This document shows positions 1 to 10,606 of a stretch of 64,000 nt of DNA, one piece after another. The notes under the pieces were generated by a model. That model was not told the DNA's origin and searched no databases. It saw nothing but the letters and a program-made list of their open reading frames with translations. Source of the stretch: Cenarchaeum sp. (GTDB taxonomy: Archaea > Thermoproteota > Nitrososphaeria > Nitrososphaerales > Nitrosopumilaceae). The position numbers were made by a program, and so were the translations under genes. Position 1 is the first letter of the stretch; each line of letters opens with the position of its first letter. The stretch is taken from positions 608,001 to 672,000 of the forward strand of contig OZ243037.1 of the NCBI GenBank assembly GCA_965212015.1, read 5' to 3'.

Positions 1-713
1 TCGTATGCGTCAGGCATCCACATGTGAAACGGCACCAGGCCCATCTTGAAGCCAAAGCCGGCAATGAACATGCCGACTGCCAGCAGGCCGAGCGGGACGA
101 GCTCGGCGTCCAAAGTGGCGAATCCCTGCACCACCTCGCCTATATTAGTCGAGCCCGTAATGCCGTACGCAATTGAAATCCCGTATATTATTATCGCAGA
201 GGCCAGCGCGCCGAACAAAAAGTACTTTATCGCCGCCTCGTTTGAGCTCGGATCCTTTTTGTTAAAGCCGGCAAGGATGTACGTGGGAATGCTCATCAGC
301 TCCCAGGCCACAAACAGCATTACCAAATCAGTCGAGTACGCCACCAGTACCATCCCTATCGCCGAGAGCAGGATCAGCGAATAGTACACCGCGTGGTGGT
401 TGAGCTTGCGCATATAGTTGATTGAGCCCACGGTGGTCATTATGGCGACAATGAGCATTGCAATGGCAAAAAAGCCCCCAAAGGCGTCGTCGGATATCAC
501 GTCCTTTGAGAACAGCGCGCCGGGCAGGACCTGCTCTGTGAATACATTGTACGCCACGTACCCGATGGACGCAATCAGCGCGCCGAACGCTATTGCCGCA
601 TAAAACGAGTTGGAGCCGCGCTCCTTTCTTGCAATGCTGATTACCGGGATCAGTATGCCAATGCCGCCAAGGATCGCAGTTATTATCATCGGTGTGGAGG
701 TTATCTCTATCGT
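1..713 (-). CDS. nuoN: NADH-quinone oxidoreductase subunit N (5' part, runs off window)
   Basis: Manual translation (T)IEITSTPMIITAILGG...GFGFKMGLVPFHMWMPDAY; last gene of nuo operon. Start uncertain (ACG at 713 or ATG at 689). Confidence 0.93.
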
Positions 714-723
714 ACCATATCAC

Positions 724-2778
724 CTACATTAGCAGTATCAGGGCTACAAAGAGTATCCCCGCTCCAAACACGAACAGATACGACTGGGTGACGCCTGTCT
801 GGGCGCCCTGCACCACCCTTGCGCTCCACCCCACGGCCTTTTGCAGTCCCATGTTCATTCCATAGTCGATGGCGGTCTTTTCAAAGTATCTAAAGACGCC
901 CCGGGACAGCCACAGCGGGGCCACTACGAATGCCCAGTATATGGAGGCATTGAGGTACCACCTGTTGAGCATTACCTTGTGCATTGCGTAAAAAAAGACA
1001 TTAGAGTTTACAAACCGTGCGGGATCCACCCACCTTGCAATGTAAAACACGTATCCCAGCCCGATGCCAGTCGCAAACGCCGCAAGCGAGGCGCCAAGCG
1101 CCACAGGGTTGAGCTCTGCCAGGAACCCGGGCAGGACGGACTCTGTTGTATGGTACGCCGAGTGTATTCCAAAGGATTCCGCAAGGTATTCCTCAAAGAG
1201 GTGGTGTATTCCGCCCTCAAAGGAGAGGCCCATTATTCCTATTCCGATGGTCAGTGCGGCAAGTATTCCGTACGGCACCCACATTGATCTTGGCGCCTCG
1301 TGTATGGCGCCCTTTGACTCCATCTCCTCGACGTGTTTGCTTTTTGGCCCGAAAAAGACCAGCCCGAGCATCCTTGTGGTGTAAAATGCGGTAATCACGG
1401 CAGTCAGGACCGCTATGAGGAATATCGGCAGCGCCCACGTGTTGCCAGACTCGTATACGGCCGCAAATATGGCATCCTTGCTCCAAAAGCCCGTGGTGAT
1501 AAACGGCGCGCCCATCAGCGCGAGTCCGGCGGCCCACATGAATGCGTACGTCTTTTTCATGTGCCGCCGCAGCCCGCCCATGTCAGTCATGAACCTAGAG
1601 CCCACAATGTGCAAAAGCGAGCCTGCCGCCATGAATAGTGACGCCTTGAACATTGCGTGCGATATGAGGTGAAAGAATCCGGCAGTATACCCGTCGACAA
1701 ACCTGTCAGAGAGGCCGGCTATTCCCAGCGCCATCATCATGTATCCTATCTGCGAGCCAGTAGAGTATGCGAGGACCTTTTTTATCTCCGGGTTTACCAT
1801 TCCCTGCGTCGCAAGCAAAAGCGCGGTAATGGCGCCGACCCACGCTATAATCTCAAAGAACTGATCTGCAAGTATTCCGGCTGCCGCAAGCGCAAAGAAC
1901 AGCGGCCCTATCCGCGCCACCAGAAACACGCCGGCCTTTACCATAGTTGCTGCGTGAATCAGCGCAGAGACGGCAGTGGGGCCAGTCATTGCCTCCAGCA
2001 GCCACTCGTTGAGCGGAAACTGCGCCGACTTGCCCATCGCGCCGCCAAACAAGAGCACGGCTGCCGGAACCAGCAGCCCCTGTGCGGACATTTCCACTGC
2101 CCACCCCGTGTCGCCGAGCAGCTCCTTGAATCCGAACGTTCCGGCAAACAAAAATATCAGCAGCATTCCGGCAATCATCATAATGTCGCCGACCTTTGTC
2201 ATGATAAACGCCTTCATTCCTGCGTGCGTCGGGGAGTAATAGTCAAGCAGCCCCAGCGTGGTGCGCCCCTCCTGTCCGACGTGGTCCTTTTTCTTGTCGC
2301 GGTACCAAAAGCTTATCAGCGCGTACGATGCGAGCCCCACGCCCTCCCATCCAAAGAACATCTGTAGCAGATTATCGGAGAGCACGATTAGCTGCATCGA
2401 GCCGATAAAGAACATCATCCAGAACCAAAACCGCACAATGTCCCTGTCGCCCTTCATGTATCCCGTGCTGTAGATCATTATCAGGAACGATATCCATCCC
2501 ACCACGTTTGCCATGATTACGGCCAGCGGATCTGCAAGCACGCCGGCCTTGAGGCCTATTGCGTCAATCCAGCCGATCTGATCGTGAATCTCGTGTGCGT
2601 CTAGCGCCGCAGGCAGGAGGGATGCGGCAGACAGCGCACTCATCAGCGCAAAGCCCACTGCCACGTACCCCGTGGCGTGCGGCGAGCCCCTGGCGACTGC
2701 GGGAATTATCAGGGCGGCTGCAAACGGGAGTATCCACACCAGCCACGCCCCGTACACCGCAAAGCCCAGATCCGCCAT
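724..2778 (-). CDS. nuoL: NADH-quinone oxidoreductase subunit L
   Basis: GWEGVGLASY, GKSAQFPL.EWL..AM.GPTAVSALIHAATMV motifs. Confidence 0.97.
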   Translation of the reverse strand: MADLGFAVYGAWLVWILPFAAALIIPAVARGSPHATGYVAVGFALMSALSAASLLPAALDAHEIHDQIGWIDAIGLKAGVLADPLAVIMANVVGWISFLIMIYSTGYMKGDRDIVRFWFWMMFFIGSMQLIVLSDNLLQMFFGWEGVGLASYALISFWYRDKKKDHVGQEGRTTLGLLDYYSPTHAGMKAFIMTKVGDIMMIAGMLLIFLFAGTFGFKELLGDTGWAVEMSAQGLLVPAAVLLFGGAMGKSAQFPLNEWLLEAMTGPTAVSALIHAATMVKAGVFLVARIGPLFFALAAAGILADQFFEIIAWVGAITALLLATQGMVNPEIKKVLAYSTGSQIGYMMMALGIAGLSDRFVDGYTAGFFHLISHAMFKASLFMAAGSLLHIVGSRFMTDMGGLRRHMKKTYAFMWAAGLALMGAPFITTGFWSKDAIFAAVYESGNTWALPIFLIAVLTAVITAFYTTRMLGLVFFGPKSKHVEEMESKGAIHEAPRSMWVPYGILAALTIGIGIMGLSFEGGIHHLFEEYLAESFGIHSAYHTTESVLPGFLAELNPVALGASLAAFATGIGLGYVFYIARWVDPARFVNSNVFFYAMHKVMLNRWYLNASIYWAFVVAPLWLSRGVFRYFEKTAIDYGMNMGLQKAVGWSARVVQGAQTGVTQSYLFVFGAGILFVALILLM

Positions 2779-4313
2779 TATGCGCCAAGCACCCCGTTCA
2801 TGTACGGTATAATCCCCTCAAGAAAGATGTCCGGATATATCCCAAGCACTATGGTAAAGCCCGCAAGGACCATCATCGGCGCAGTCATGTACCAGCCGGC
2901 CTCTTTTACCCGTACCAGGTTCTCTGGCGTCTTGCCAAAGAATATGCGCTTTAGCATCCACAGCATGTACGACATTGTAAGGGCAGTAGCGGCAAGGCCG
3001 AGACCAAAGGTGACCATTCTGAGCGTGGATCCCTCCTCTATTGCGGTCTCTAGCGCGCCGTAAAACAGAATCCATTCCCCCATAAACCCGCTGGTGGGGG
3101 GAAGCCCGGCTATGGTCAGCGCCCCGATTACTGCGCACACGGCGGTGATTGGCATCTTGCCGGCAAGCCCGCCGAGCTTGGAGAGGCTGCGCGTGCCGAC
3201 CTGGACAATGAGGACGCCGGCAGTCATGAATAAAAGCCCCTTGCCGAGTGCGTGCGTAATGTACATCATTTCTGCGCCGGCAAGGCCCAGTACGGAATAG
3301 CTTCCTATTCCGAACAAAATGTATCCCATCTGGCTGATGCTAGAGTATGCAAGCAGCCTCTTTATGTCGTCTTGCATCAGCGCCATTGCGCCGCCGTAAA
3401 TCATGGTGACCAGCCCCCAGACGTGCAGCCATATTGCAAGCTCGCCGTACTGTAGGGGAAGAAACTCTACTATCAGCCGGAACAGGCCGTACGCCCCGAT
3501 GCCTATCATTACGGGGGATAGCAGGGCGCTAATCGGCGTCGGTGCCGCGCCGTGCACCCACGGCAGCCATATGTGAAACATAAACGCCGCAAGCTTTACG
3601 CCGAGGCCCACAATTATCGCCACTGCCGCAAGCTGCACAATGTCCGGCGGAATCTCAGACTCTGCAATGTCCGCAAAGTCAAAGCTGCCAATGCCAAGTC
3701 CGATGGCCAGAAACCCCAGCAGCAGTATGACTGCGCCCACGTGGGTCCAAAAGAGGAACATTAGGGCAATCTTGCGCCGCGGCCCGTCGCCCCAGAATGC
3801 GACCAGGAAAAAGCCGGGAATCAGCATCACCTCGAAGAAGATATAGAACTCTATGAGGTTGGTGGACAGTATGGTGCCCATCATTCCCATTGCAAAGACC
3901 AGAAACAGCGCAAAGTACACGCCGGACTGGTTTCTTGCGTGCTGCTCGGCAGTCTCTACCAGTACGGTCTGTCCGCCCTCTGCCTGGCGCCGCTCGTACA
4001 TTTCGCGGAACTTGTGCGTCATGTACGGCCTGGAATACAGCGCAAGAATCGCGCTGAGCACGTATATCATTATGGCAAACGGCGCGGCAAGGCCGTCCAT
4101 CAGGAATCCAAACTCGCCGAACAGCTCAGTCCACGGATAGTGCTCCTCGTACGTGCCGCCAAGGGCGGTGACTATTACCAGCACGCTGCAGTATGCCAGT
4201 ATGCCAAACGTGAGCCACGTGACAGCATTGACTCCGAATTTTCTGCCCACCATGTACGCTACCGGAGACAGCAATAGCGGCAGGAAGACTGCCTGTAATA
4301 GCGCGTATTCCAT
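2778..4313 (-). CDS. nuoM: NADH-quinone oxidoreductase subunit M
   Basis: FHIWLPWVHGAAPTP, KRLLAYSSISQMG motifs. Confidence 0.97.
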   Translation of the reverse strand: MEYALLQAVFLPLLLSPVAYMVGRKFGVNAVTWLTFGILAYCSVLVIVTALGGTYEEHYPWTELFGEFGFLMDGLAAPFAIMIYVLSAILALYSRPYMTHKFREMYERRQAEGGQTVLVETAEQHARNQSGVYFALFLVFAMGMMGTILSTNLIEFYIFFEVMLIPGFFLVAFWGDGPRRKIALMFLFWTHVGAVILLLGFLAIGLGIGSFDFADIAESEIPPDIVQLAAVAIIVGLGVKLAAFMFHIWLPWVHGAAPTPISALLSPVMIGIGAYGLFRLIVEFLPLQYGELAIWLHVWGLVTMIYGGAMALMQDDIKRLLAYSSISQMGYILFGIGSYSVLGLAGAEMMYITHALGKGLLFMTAGVLIVQVGTRSLSKLGGLAGKMPITAVCAVIGALTIAGLPPTSGFMGEWILFYGALETAIEEGSTLRMVTFGLGLAATALTMSYMLWMLKRIFFGKTPENLVRVKEAGWYMTAPMMVLAGFTIVLGIYPDIFLEGIIPYMNGVLGA

Positions 4314-4618
4314 TATCCCTTTAGACTCCTGAATTCCGCCACGTCCACGTTCCGGTACATCCTGTATGCGACGATTATCAGCGACAGTCCTACTGCGACT
4401 TCGGCAGCAGCTATGGCAATCGAGAACAGTGCGAGTGTCTGCCCCCCGCTGTGCGGCAGATAGCGCGCAAAGGCGACAAGGTTCAGGTTTGCCGCATTGA
4501 TTACAATCTCGACTGCAAAAAGCATCCGTATGGCGTTTCTTTTTACGGACAGGCCGTAAATGCCGACGCCCAGGAGCGCGACAGAAATCAGTACAAAGTC
4601 AACTAGTTCGTTGCTCAT
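4313..4618 (-). CDS. nuoK: NADH-quinone oxidoreductase subunit K
   Basis: EIVINAANLN, AAAEVAVGL; start taken at MSNEL. Confidence 0.95.
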   Translation of the reverse strand: MSNELVDFVLISVALLGVGIYGLSVKRNAIRMLFAVEIVINAANLNLVAFARYLPHSGGQTLALFSIAIAAAEVAVGLSLIIVAYRMYRNVDVAEFRSLKG

Positions 4619-5111
4619 TTTCCACATCCTCCCTTCGTGCAAGCACAAGCGCGCCAATCACAGAGCCGGCCAGTATGAGCGCCATCAATATCAGGGCCGG
4701 CCAGTAATATGTAAGAAAGTCCGCCCCGATGTCCCTAAAGTCCACCGCCGGCTCGTCTGTCGTGATTGACTTTATCCCCGAATCCAGTATCACGGCGCCG
4801 ATTGCAACCATAAAGACGAGCATCAGCCCGATTCCGGCAAGCTTTCTCCTTGGGTCCTCTATCTTTTTGAATATGAGCTCGCGCCTTACGAGCATTACCG
4901 TAAAGAGAATCAGCACCGCAATAGAGCCCACGTACACTGCCAGCTGGAACATTGCGACAAACGGCGAGTCAAGCAGCAGAAAAAGCCCCGCAATGCCGCC
5001 AAGCGTCCCCATCAGGGCGACAGAGCCGTAAATCAGCGACCGCAGCTCAAGGGCTGCAATTGCCGAGCCGACAGTCAGGACAGAGAGCGCCAGCAGAGCC
5101 GCGTCAGCCAT
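4599..5111 (-). CDS. nuoJ: NADH-quinone oxidoreductase subunit J
   Basis: QLAVYVGSIAVLILF motif; operon position. Confidence 0.94.
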   Translation of the reverse strand: MADAALLALSVLTVGSAIAALELRSLIYGSVALMGTLGGIAGLFLLLDSPFVAMFQLAVYVGSIAVLILFTVMLVRRELIFKKIEDPRRKLAGIGLMLVFMVAIGAVILDSGIKSITTDEPAVDFRDIGADFLTYYWPALILMALILAGSVIGALVLARREDVENEQRTS

Positions 5112-5601
5112 GCGACGCACCCCGGTCATCTATGACTATTTCTGCGTCCTGCGAGATCTCCGGCTTTACCTGCAGCTGCGCCGGCGTGTAAATCAGGCCC
5201 TCCTTGCTGTATGAGGAGAGCTCATAGTCGTTTGTCATGTATAGGGCGTAAAACGGGCACGCATCCACGCACAGGCCGCAAAACACGCACTTGCCATAGT
5301 CAATCTGCGGCATTATGGACTTTTTGTTGTGCTTCCAGTCCTCGGGGACCTTTACCATCGCTATGGCCTCAGCCACGCCCTCGCACGCAATCGAGCACAG
5401 CTGGCAGCCCGTGCAGTGGTCGTGAAACAGCATGTGGCGCCCCTTGAGGCCGGCGATTCCCACGCCGACGGTGGGATCAAACTGGTAGCCGTCGCCGACA
5501 AACTTTAGCTTCTCCTCCGGATAGCGCAGCGTAAAGCGCTTCACTGCGAGGTGCTTTATTCCGGAATTCAGCGCCCTGATGATTCCGCTTGCGGTTCCCA
5601 C
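5104..5601 (-). CDS. nuoI: NADH-quinone oxidoreductase subunit I (2x4Fe-4S)
   Basis: CTGCQLCSIAC and CVFCGLCVDACP motifs. Confidence 0.96.
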   Translation of the reverse strand: MGTASGIIRALNSGIKHLAVKRFTLRYPEEKLKFVGDGYQFDPTVGVGIAGLKGRHMLFHDHCTGCQLCSIACEGVAEAIAMVKVPEDWKHNKKSIMPQIDYGKCVFCGLCVDACPFYALYMTNDYELSSYSKEGLIYTPAQLQVKPEISQDAEIVIDDRGASHG

Positions 5602-6890
5602 TAGTTAATCACCCCTACTCCAGCGTAAAGCAGGCCAAGTGCTATAAAGATGTTAACGAACGCAAGCGTAATCAGCTTGTACCATCCGATCTGCAGCAGC
5701 ATGTCTATCCGGATTCGCGGAAGCACGCCGCGCGGCAGCAGTATAAAGAATATGACGGCGACAGTCTTTAGCACAAACCAGATCACCGCGCTGAAGAACT
5801 CTATCGAAAACACCGGCAGGCCAGGAAGCGTGGCCGATATCGGGCCGGCAGTTATGCCGTCGTGGATTAGCTGCTCTTCGAGCGGCGGCCAGAACACGGG
5901 GCCGCTCCACCCGCCCAGAAACAGCACCACGAAAAGGGCGGCAAACGCGTAGAGCTTTACGTACGAGCCGAGCTGCACCAGGCCGTACATCATGCCGGAG
6001 AGCTCTGTGAGCCACCCTGCGACAATCTCGCTTTCGGCCTCTGGAAGATCAAAGGGAATCCTTTCAAGCTCGGCGAGTGCGCAGATGAAAAACACGACGG
6101 CGCCCACCGGCAGGAACACTATCCACGGAAAGAACGCCTGGCTTGCGGCAATCTCAGACAGGTTCAGCGTCCCGGTCAGTATCACCACGCCAAGGCACGA
6201 GAGAATCAGCGGAATCTCAAAGGAGACCATCTGGTGAAGCGCCCTGATGCCGCCGATGAACGGAAACTTGCTGTTTGCAGACCACGCAGAGAGCACCGTT
6301 ATGATTGGAAAGAACCCGATCACCGCAAAGACTGCAATCAGCCCAATGTCCACGTCTGCCACGACCCATCCCGGGGCGACTGGAATCAGCGCGACAAAGG
6401 CGGCTGCCGTGCCCACAAAGAGGAGCGGCGCTGCAATGAATAGCGGCTTGTCTGCCTTTGCGGGGATTATGATCTCCTTTGAGATCAGCTTTAGCCCGTC
6501 GCCCATCAGCTGCAAGATGCCCTCTATCTTTCCGCAGTAAAACGGGCCGACTCGCAGCTGCATCTTTGCTAGCATCTTGCGCTCGACGAATATGGTGGCA
6601 GCGGCAATCAGGGCGGCAAATCCAAACCCGGGAAACGCCGCTATGCGGAAAAAGTCAGTGTACATCAGGGCCTTGATCAGCGGCAGCGTGCTCTCTGGGT
6701 GCGATATCCACGTCAGCGCCAGAAACGGGTTTACCAGCTCGCCGTCGACTATTGGCAGGTCTATGTAAAACAGGACTATCTGCAGCGCCGGTATGCCGGC
6801 CAGCGTGGCGATGACTATGGCCCAAAAGGCATTGTCGGTGATGGACTTTAAGAAATACCCGAGGCTGAACTTTGGCGCAATGGCGGACAT
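5601..6890 (-). CDS. nuoH: NADH-quinone oxidoreductase subunit H
   Basis: ERKMLAKMQLRVGP, RIPFDLPEAESE. Confidence 0.97.
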   Translation of the reverse strand: MSAIAPKFSLGYFLKSITDNAFWAIVIATLAGIPALQIVLFYIDLPIVDGELVNPFLALTWISHPESTLPLIKALMYTDFFRIAAFPGFGFAALIAAATIFVERKMLAKMQLRVGPFYCGKIEGILQLMGDGLKLISKEIIIPAKADKPLFIAAPLLFVGTAAAFVALIPVAPGWVVADVDIGLIAVFAVIGFFPIITVLSAWSANSKFPFIGGIRALHQMVSFEIPLILSCLGVVILTGTLNLSEIAASQAFFPWIVFLPVGAVVFFICALAELERIPFDLPEAESEIVAGWLTELSGMMYGLVQLGSYVKLYAFAALFVVLFLGGWSGPVFWPPLEEQLIHDGITAGPISATLPGLPVFSIEFFSAVIWFVLKTVAVIFFILLPRGVLPRIRIDMLLQIGWYKLITLAFVNIFIALGLLYAGVGVIN

Positions 6891-8030
6891 TTACCTGTCT
6901 GCCTCCACCGGCCAATAGTTCAAGCTCCAGTATACGGCCGGCATGTTTCCGAGCTTTTCTCCGCGCAACAGGTTTGGCATGCAGATGAGGTTCCTAAAGG
7001 AGGGGACGCTGAGCTTTACCCTGTACGGCTCTGGCTTTTTGTCAGAGACGATATAGCACCCAAGCGAGCCCCTGCCGGATTCCACCCTCCGGTACACCTG
7101 TTCGCCCTCGAGCTTGCCCTTGGGATTCGGCTTTAGCTTTGTGCGGACAGAGCCGGACTTTGGCATCTTTGCTAGCGCGTCGCGGATTATCCGGCAGCTC
7201 TCCATCATGTCAAGCCACGGTATCTTTGAGCGCGCATAAGAGTCCCCCGCCTTTAGGACCGGGGTCTCAAAGTCCATCTCGTCATACGCATCATACGGCT
7301 CCATCTTGCGGAGATCAAAGTCCACGCCGCTGGCGCGCAGTACAGATCCCGTCGTGCCAAACCGGACCGCGTCCTGCCGCGAGAGTATTCCCGTCTTCTC
7401 TGTGCGCGATATCAGGACCGGATTATCGTAGAAAATGTCCCCGTATTCCTTGATGCGCTTTTCAAAATAGTTCACCTGCCTGAGGCACACGTCCTCAAAG
7501 TTGGCCGGAAGATCGTTGCGCACCCCGCCGGGGACAAAGTAGGAATGCGTCACGCGCGCGCCTGTGAGCTTTTCCATGATGTCAATTAGCAGCTCGCGAT
7601 CGCCGGCTGGCCACATGAACATCGTCGAGTGGCCCAGAAATATCCCGTATATCGCAAGCCAGTACTGAATATAGATGCACTTGTTTAGCTCAGACGCAAT
7701 CACCCTGACGTATTTTGCACGCTCTGGCACGTCTATTCCCAGTATGTCCTCCGCTCCAAGGCAGTACGGGTACAGGACGTTGCAAGAGTCGTGGATTACG
7801 GGCCTCTCCAGGTGGGGAATGTTCAGGATATAGTTCCTGTATTCTGCCATCTTTTCCTCCCCCCGGTGCACGTATCCGGGATCGGGATCGCAGCTTACGA
7901 TATAGTCCCCGTCCACCCTGATTACCAGCCTCATGTGGCCCGAACCCGGGTGCTGCGGGCCCACGTTGAGCGTCATTATCCTCTCGTCGGCCTTTTCGAT
8001 TTCCAGTCCCGGTGGTAGTTGGTTGCCCAT
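6891..8030 (-). CDS. nuoD: NADH-quinone oxidoreductase subunit D
   Basis: NVGPQHP..GHMRL, GYVHRGEEK. Confidence 0.97.
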   Translation of the reverse strand: MGNQLPPGLEIEKADERIMTLNVGPQHPGSGHMRLVIRVDGDYIVSCDPDPGYVHRGEEKMAEYRNYILNIPHLERPVIHDSCNVLYPYCLGAEDILGIDVPERAKYVRVIASELNKCIYIQYWLAIYGIFLGHSTMFMWPAGDRELLIDIMEKLTGARVTHSYFVPGGVRNDLPANFEDVCLRQVNYFEKRIKEYGDIFYDNPVLISRTEKTGILSRQDAVRFGTTGSVLRASGVDFDLRKMEPYDAYDEMDFETPVLKAGDSYARSKIPWLDMMESCRIIRDALAKMPKSGSVRTKLKPNPKGKLEGEQVYRRVESGRGSLGCYIVSDKKPEPYRVKLSVPSFRNLICMPNLLRGEKLGNMPAVYWSLNYWPVEADR

Positions 8031-8033
8031 GTC

Positions 8034-8591
8034 CTATCTTCCCTTTATTGCAAAATCCTTCCGAAGCGGCGGCAGATCCGCCCAGTCCTCAGGCAGCAGC
8101 AGCCGGCGGTTGTCGGGATGGCCCTCAAAATAGACGCCCAGCATTTCAAAGCATTCGCGTTCATGAAACTCGACGCTGTAAAAGACGTCCCGAAGACTCG
8201 TCATCCTTGTCGCGTCGTTTCCCGGATTCGGCTCCTCCTCGCGCGGCACGCGAGTCGAGAGCGCAAGTATGTGTCCGGACAGCGACGGATCAAGGTACGA
8301 CCCCAGGTGGTATACAAGCTCAATTTCGCCGTCCTGCGGATAGTCCACGCCAGAGACGGACTCGGCATGATCAAAGTTCAGCTCGTCGCGGATAAACTCG
8401 GCGACGTTTTTTATGTCCTCCTTTTTTACGGCAATTCCAATCCTGTTGGGCTGTACAAGCGCCACTGCGCCCTCAAAGCGCCCGCATATCCTGTCTGCAA
8501 TCCCCTTTTCGAACTCTGGAAGCTCCGGCTCGTCCTTTGCCGGCGGCTGCGCCTTTGGATCCTTTTGCACGGCCTCAACAGGGTCCGTCAT
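8034..8591 (-). CDS. nuoC: NADH-quinone oxidoreductase subunit C
   Basis: ERECFEMLGVYFEGHPD.RRLLLPEDW..PPLRKDF; start taken at MTDP. Confidence 0.95.
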   Translation of the reverse strand: MTDPVEAVQKDPKAQPPAKDEPELPEFEKGIADRICGRFEGAVALVQPNRIGIAVKKEDIKNVAEFIRDELNFDHAESVSGVDYPQDGEIELVYHLGSYLDPSLSGHILALSTRVPREEEPNPGNDATRMTSLRDVFYSVEFHERECFEMLGVYFEGHPDNRRLLLPEDWADLPPLRKDFAIKGR

Positions 8592-9112
8592 ACCTGCTTC
8601 CTGGCCTTCATTCTCTTTATCTTTTCCTGTAATAGCATGCATCCCTGTATGAGCGTCTCGGGCCGCGGCGGGCAGCCGGGGACATAGACGTCGACTGGAA
8701 TCACCCCGTCGATCCCCGGAAGAACGTTATAAGAGTCAAAATACAGCCCGCCCGTAATGGCGCACGCACCCATTGCTATTACGTACTTTGGCTCGGGCAT
8801 TTGATCATACACCAGGCGCAGCCTTGGCGCCATCTTTCTTGTGATTGTACCCTGCACCACTATCAGGTCGCACTGGCGCAGCGAGCCGAACGCCTCGATG
8901 ATTCCAAAGCGCTCCACGTCGTAGCGCGGGCCGGATGCGGCCCCAAACTCCACGCTGCAGCAGGCCGTCTCTATGTGCACTGGCCACAGCGACCATATCC
9001 TCCCCCAGTTTACCGCATAGCCCAGCGGCTTGTCGATCGCCTTTTCAAGTATGTCTCCAAGCTTTCCGACAAAGACGTTGGCGTTTTGCGGGGTGATCAG
9101 GTCCTTTAGCAG
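8588..9112 (-). CDS. nuoB: NADH-quinone oxidoreductase subunit B
   Basis: TACCSVE, MGACAITGG, VPGCPPRPE; probable CTG start at 9112. Confidence 0.95.
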   Translation of the reverse strand: MLKDLITPQNANVFVGKLGDILEKAIDKPLGYAVNWGRIWSLWPVHIETACCSVEFGAASGPRYDVERFGIIEAFGSLRQCDLIVVQGTITRKMAPRLRLVYDQMPEPKYVIAMGACAITGGLYFDSYNVLPGIDGVIPVDVYVPGCPPRPETLIQGCMLLQEKIKRMKARKQV

Positions 9113-9131
9113 TCCGGGCCACCTGCCGTGC

Positions 9132-9518
9132 TCACCATATGTCGCGCCTCTTTGACTGGTACAGCGCAAACGACATTGCGGCAAACATTATCCCCAGAAA
9201 CGCAATTATCGGCAGCGTCGCCTCGCGGGGCAAATTCAGGATTGTGGCCCCCCAGGCATACAGGAATATGGCCATCACGTCAAAGACTACAAACATGAGG
9301 ATATACGCGTAATACTGCATCATAAAATGGGTCCTTCCCTCGCCCTTTGGAACCTGGCCGCACTCCATTGGCAGAAACTTTACCGGGTTGTTGCCGCGCC
9401 GGGGCGAGATCATCCTTGAGATCAGCAGGGCCGGCGCAGTTGCAGCGACGGCAAAGCCAAACATCATCAGAATGGTGCTGTAATTAGCCGCTACTTCCCC
9501 TACCAAGGCAGCTTTCAA
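9132..9518 (-). CDS. nuoA: NADH-quinone oxidoreductase subunit A
   Basis: MECGQ, FVVFDV motifs; first gene of operon; start approximate. Confidence 0.95.
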   Translation of the reverse strand: MKAALVGEVAANYSTILMMFGFAVAATAPALLISRMISPRRGNNPVKFLPMECGQVPKGEGRTHFMMQYYAYILMFVVFDVMAIFLYAWGATILNLPREATLPIIAFLGIMFAAMSFALYQSKRRDIW

Positions 9519-9622
9519 ACCCTGAGAATGCTATAAAAAGGTATTCACATTTTTGGATCTTTTTTTTTTTCTGAAATCCGTATTTTGCAAACTACTTTAT
9601 ACGGAGGCGGCCAGTCCCCCGC

Positions 9623-10087
9623 ATGGGCGTTGACGTCGGGGACAAGGCACCGGATTTTGAGCTTGTCGATACGGATCTAAAGATGAGAACCCTGGGGGAG
9701 TTTGGGGGCAAAAAAGTAATCCTGACTTTTTTTGTAGCTGCAAGCTCGCCTGTATGCGAGACGGAGCTGTGCACCCTGAGGGATTCGTGGGACGAGATCT
9801 CAAAGTGCGGGGCGCAGCTAGTTGCGATAAGCAACGACGGGCCGTTTGCAAACAAGGCGTTTGCGCAAAAGCACGGCCTGAATTTTCCGGTGCTGGGCGA
9901 CTATACCAGCAGGACCATCAGGGACTATGGCGTGCTGATGCCGGATCTTTTGCACATCAAGGACTATAACGCCGCAAAGCGCTCCGTGTTTATAGTGATG
10001 GAGGACGGAAAGATAGGATACAGGTGGGTCTCCGATGATCCGCTAAAAGAGCCGGACTATAACGCAATCAGGGCCTTTGTAAGATAG
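9623..10087 (+). CDS. Peroxiredoxin (BCP/AhpC family)
   Basis: GDKAPDFEL, SPVCETE, AKRSVF. Confidence 0.9.
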   Translation: MGVDVGDKAPDFELVDTDLKMRTLGEFGGKKVILTFFVAASSPVCETELCTLRDSWDEISKCGAQLVAISNDGPFANKAFAQKHGLNFPVLGDYTSRTIRDYGVLMPDLLHIKDYNAAKRSVFIVMEDGKIGYRWVSDDPLKEPDYNAIRAFVR

Positions 10088-10089
10088 CC

Positions 10090-10602
10090 CTATTTTATCT
10101 CTGCAATGACGTCGTTTTTTGCCACGCTGTCGCCCTGCTTTACCCGGATTGCGGCCACCGTGCCGTCCCTGTGCGACTTTACTGCAACCTGCATCTTCAT
10201 TGACTCGAGCACTATTACGGAATCCCCCTTTCTGACAGAGTCGCCCTCGCTTACGGATATCGACACCACCTTTCCGGGTATCTGGCTTTGAAGCGCAGTC
10301 TCTGAGCTCCTGTCGCGCGTGCTGCCAGAGTTCTTGTACACTATTGCATCCAGGTGCGCGTGCATTCCCACCTGTACTGGCGTCCCGTCCACTATCAGGC
10401 TCATGCCGGCAGTCGTCTTGTCTATGTACCTTGCCGAGTGGTATTTTTTGTCCAGTACAAACTCGATTCCGCGCGGGCCGACAGACAGCACTTTGAGGTC
10501 CCTTAGCGCGCCGTCAATCCTTATCTTGTACCGGCCTCCGCCCAGCCGCTCTGCCAGCTCCCCCTCGAGCTGCTCGCCGATGTCTTTTATGGAGTACTTC
10601 AC
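10090..10602 (-). CDS. accB: Biotin carboxyl carrier protein of acetyl/propionyl-CoA carboxylase
   Basis: ESMKMQ biotinylation motif; probable GTG start. Confidence 0.93.
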   Translation of the reverse strand: MKYSIKDIGEQLEGELAERLGGGRYKIRIDGALRDLKVLSVGPRGIEFVLDKKYHSARYIDKTTAGMSLIVDGTPVQVGMHAHLDAIVYKNSGSTRDRSSETALQSQIPGKVVSISVSEGDSVRKGDSVIVLESMKMQVAVKSHRDGTVAAIRVKQGDSVAKNDVIAEIK

Positions 10603-10606
10603 AGTC

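Noticed and set aside
328-723. 131-aa ORF as nuoN
   Set aside because: Wrong frame; NuoN motifs are in the frame running from 713 off the window edge.
1-9518. Missing nuoEFG and M-before-L gene order
   Set aside because: Normal for thaumarchaeal complex I.
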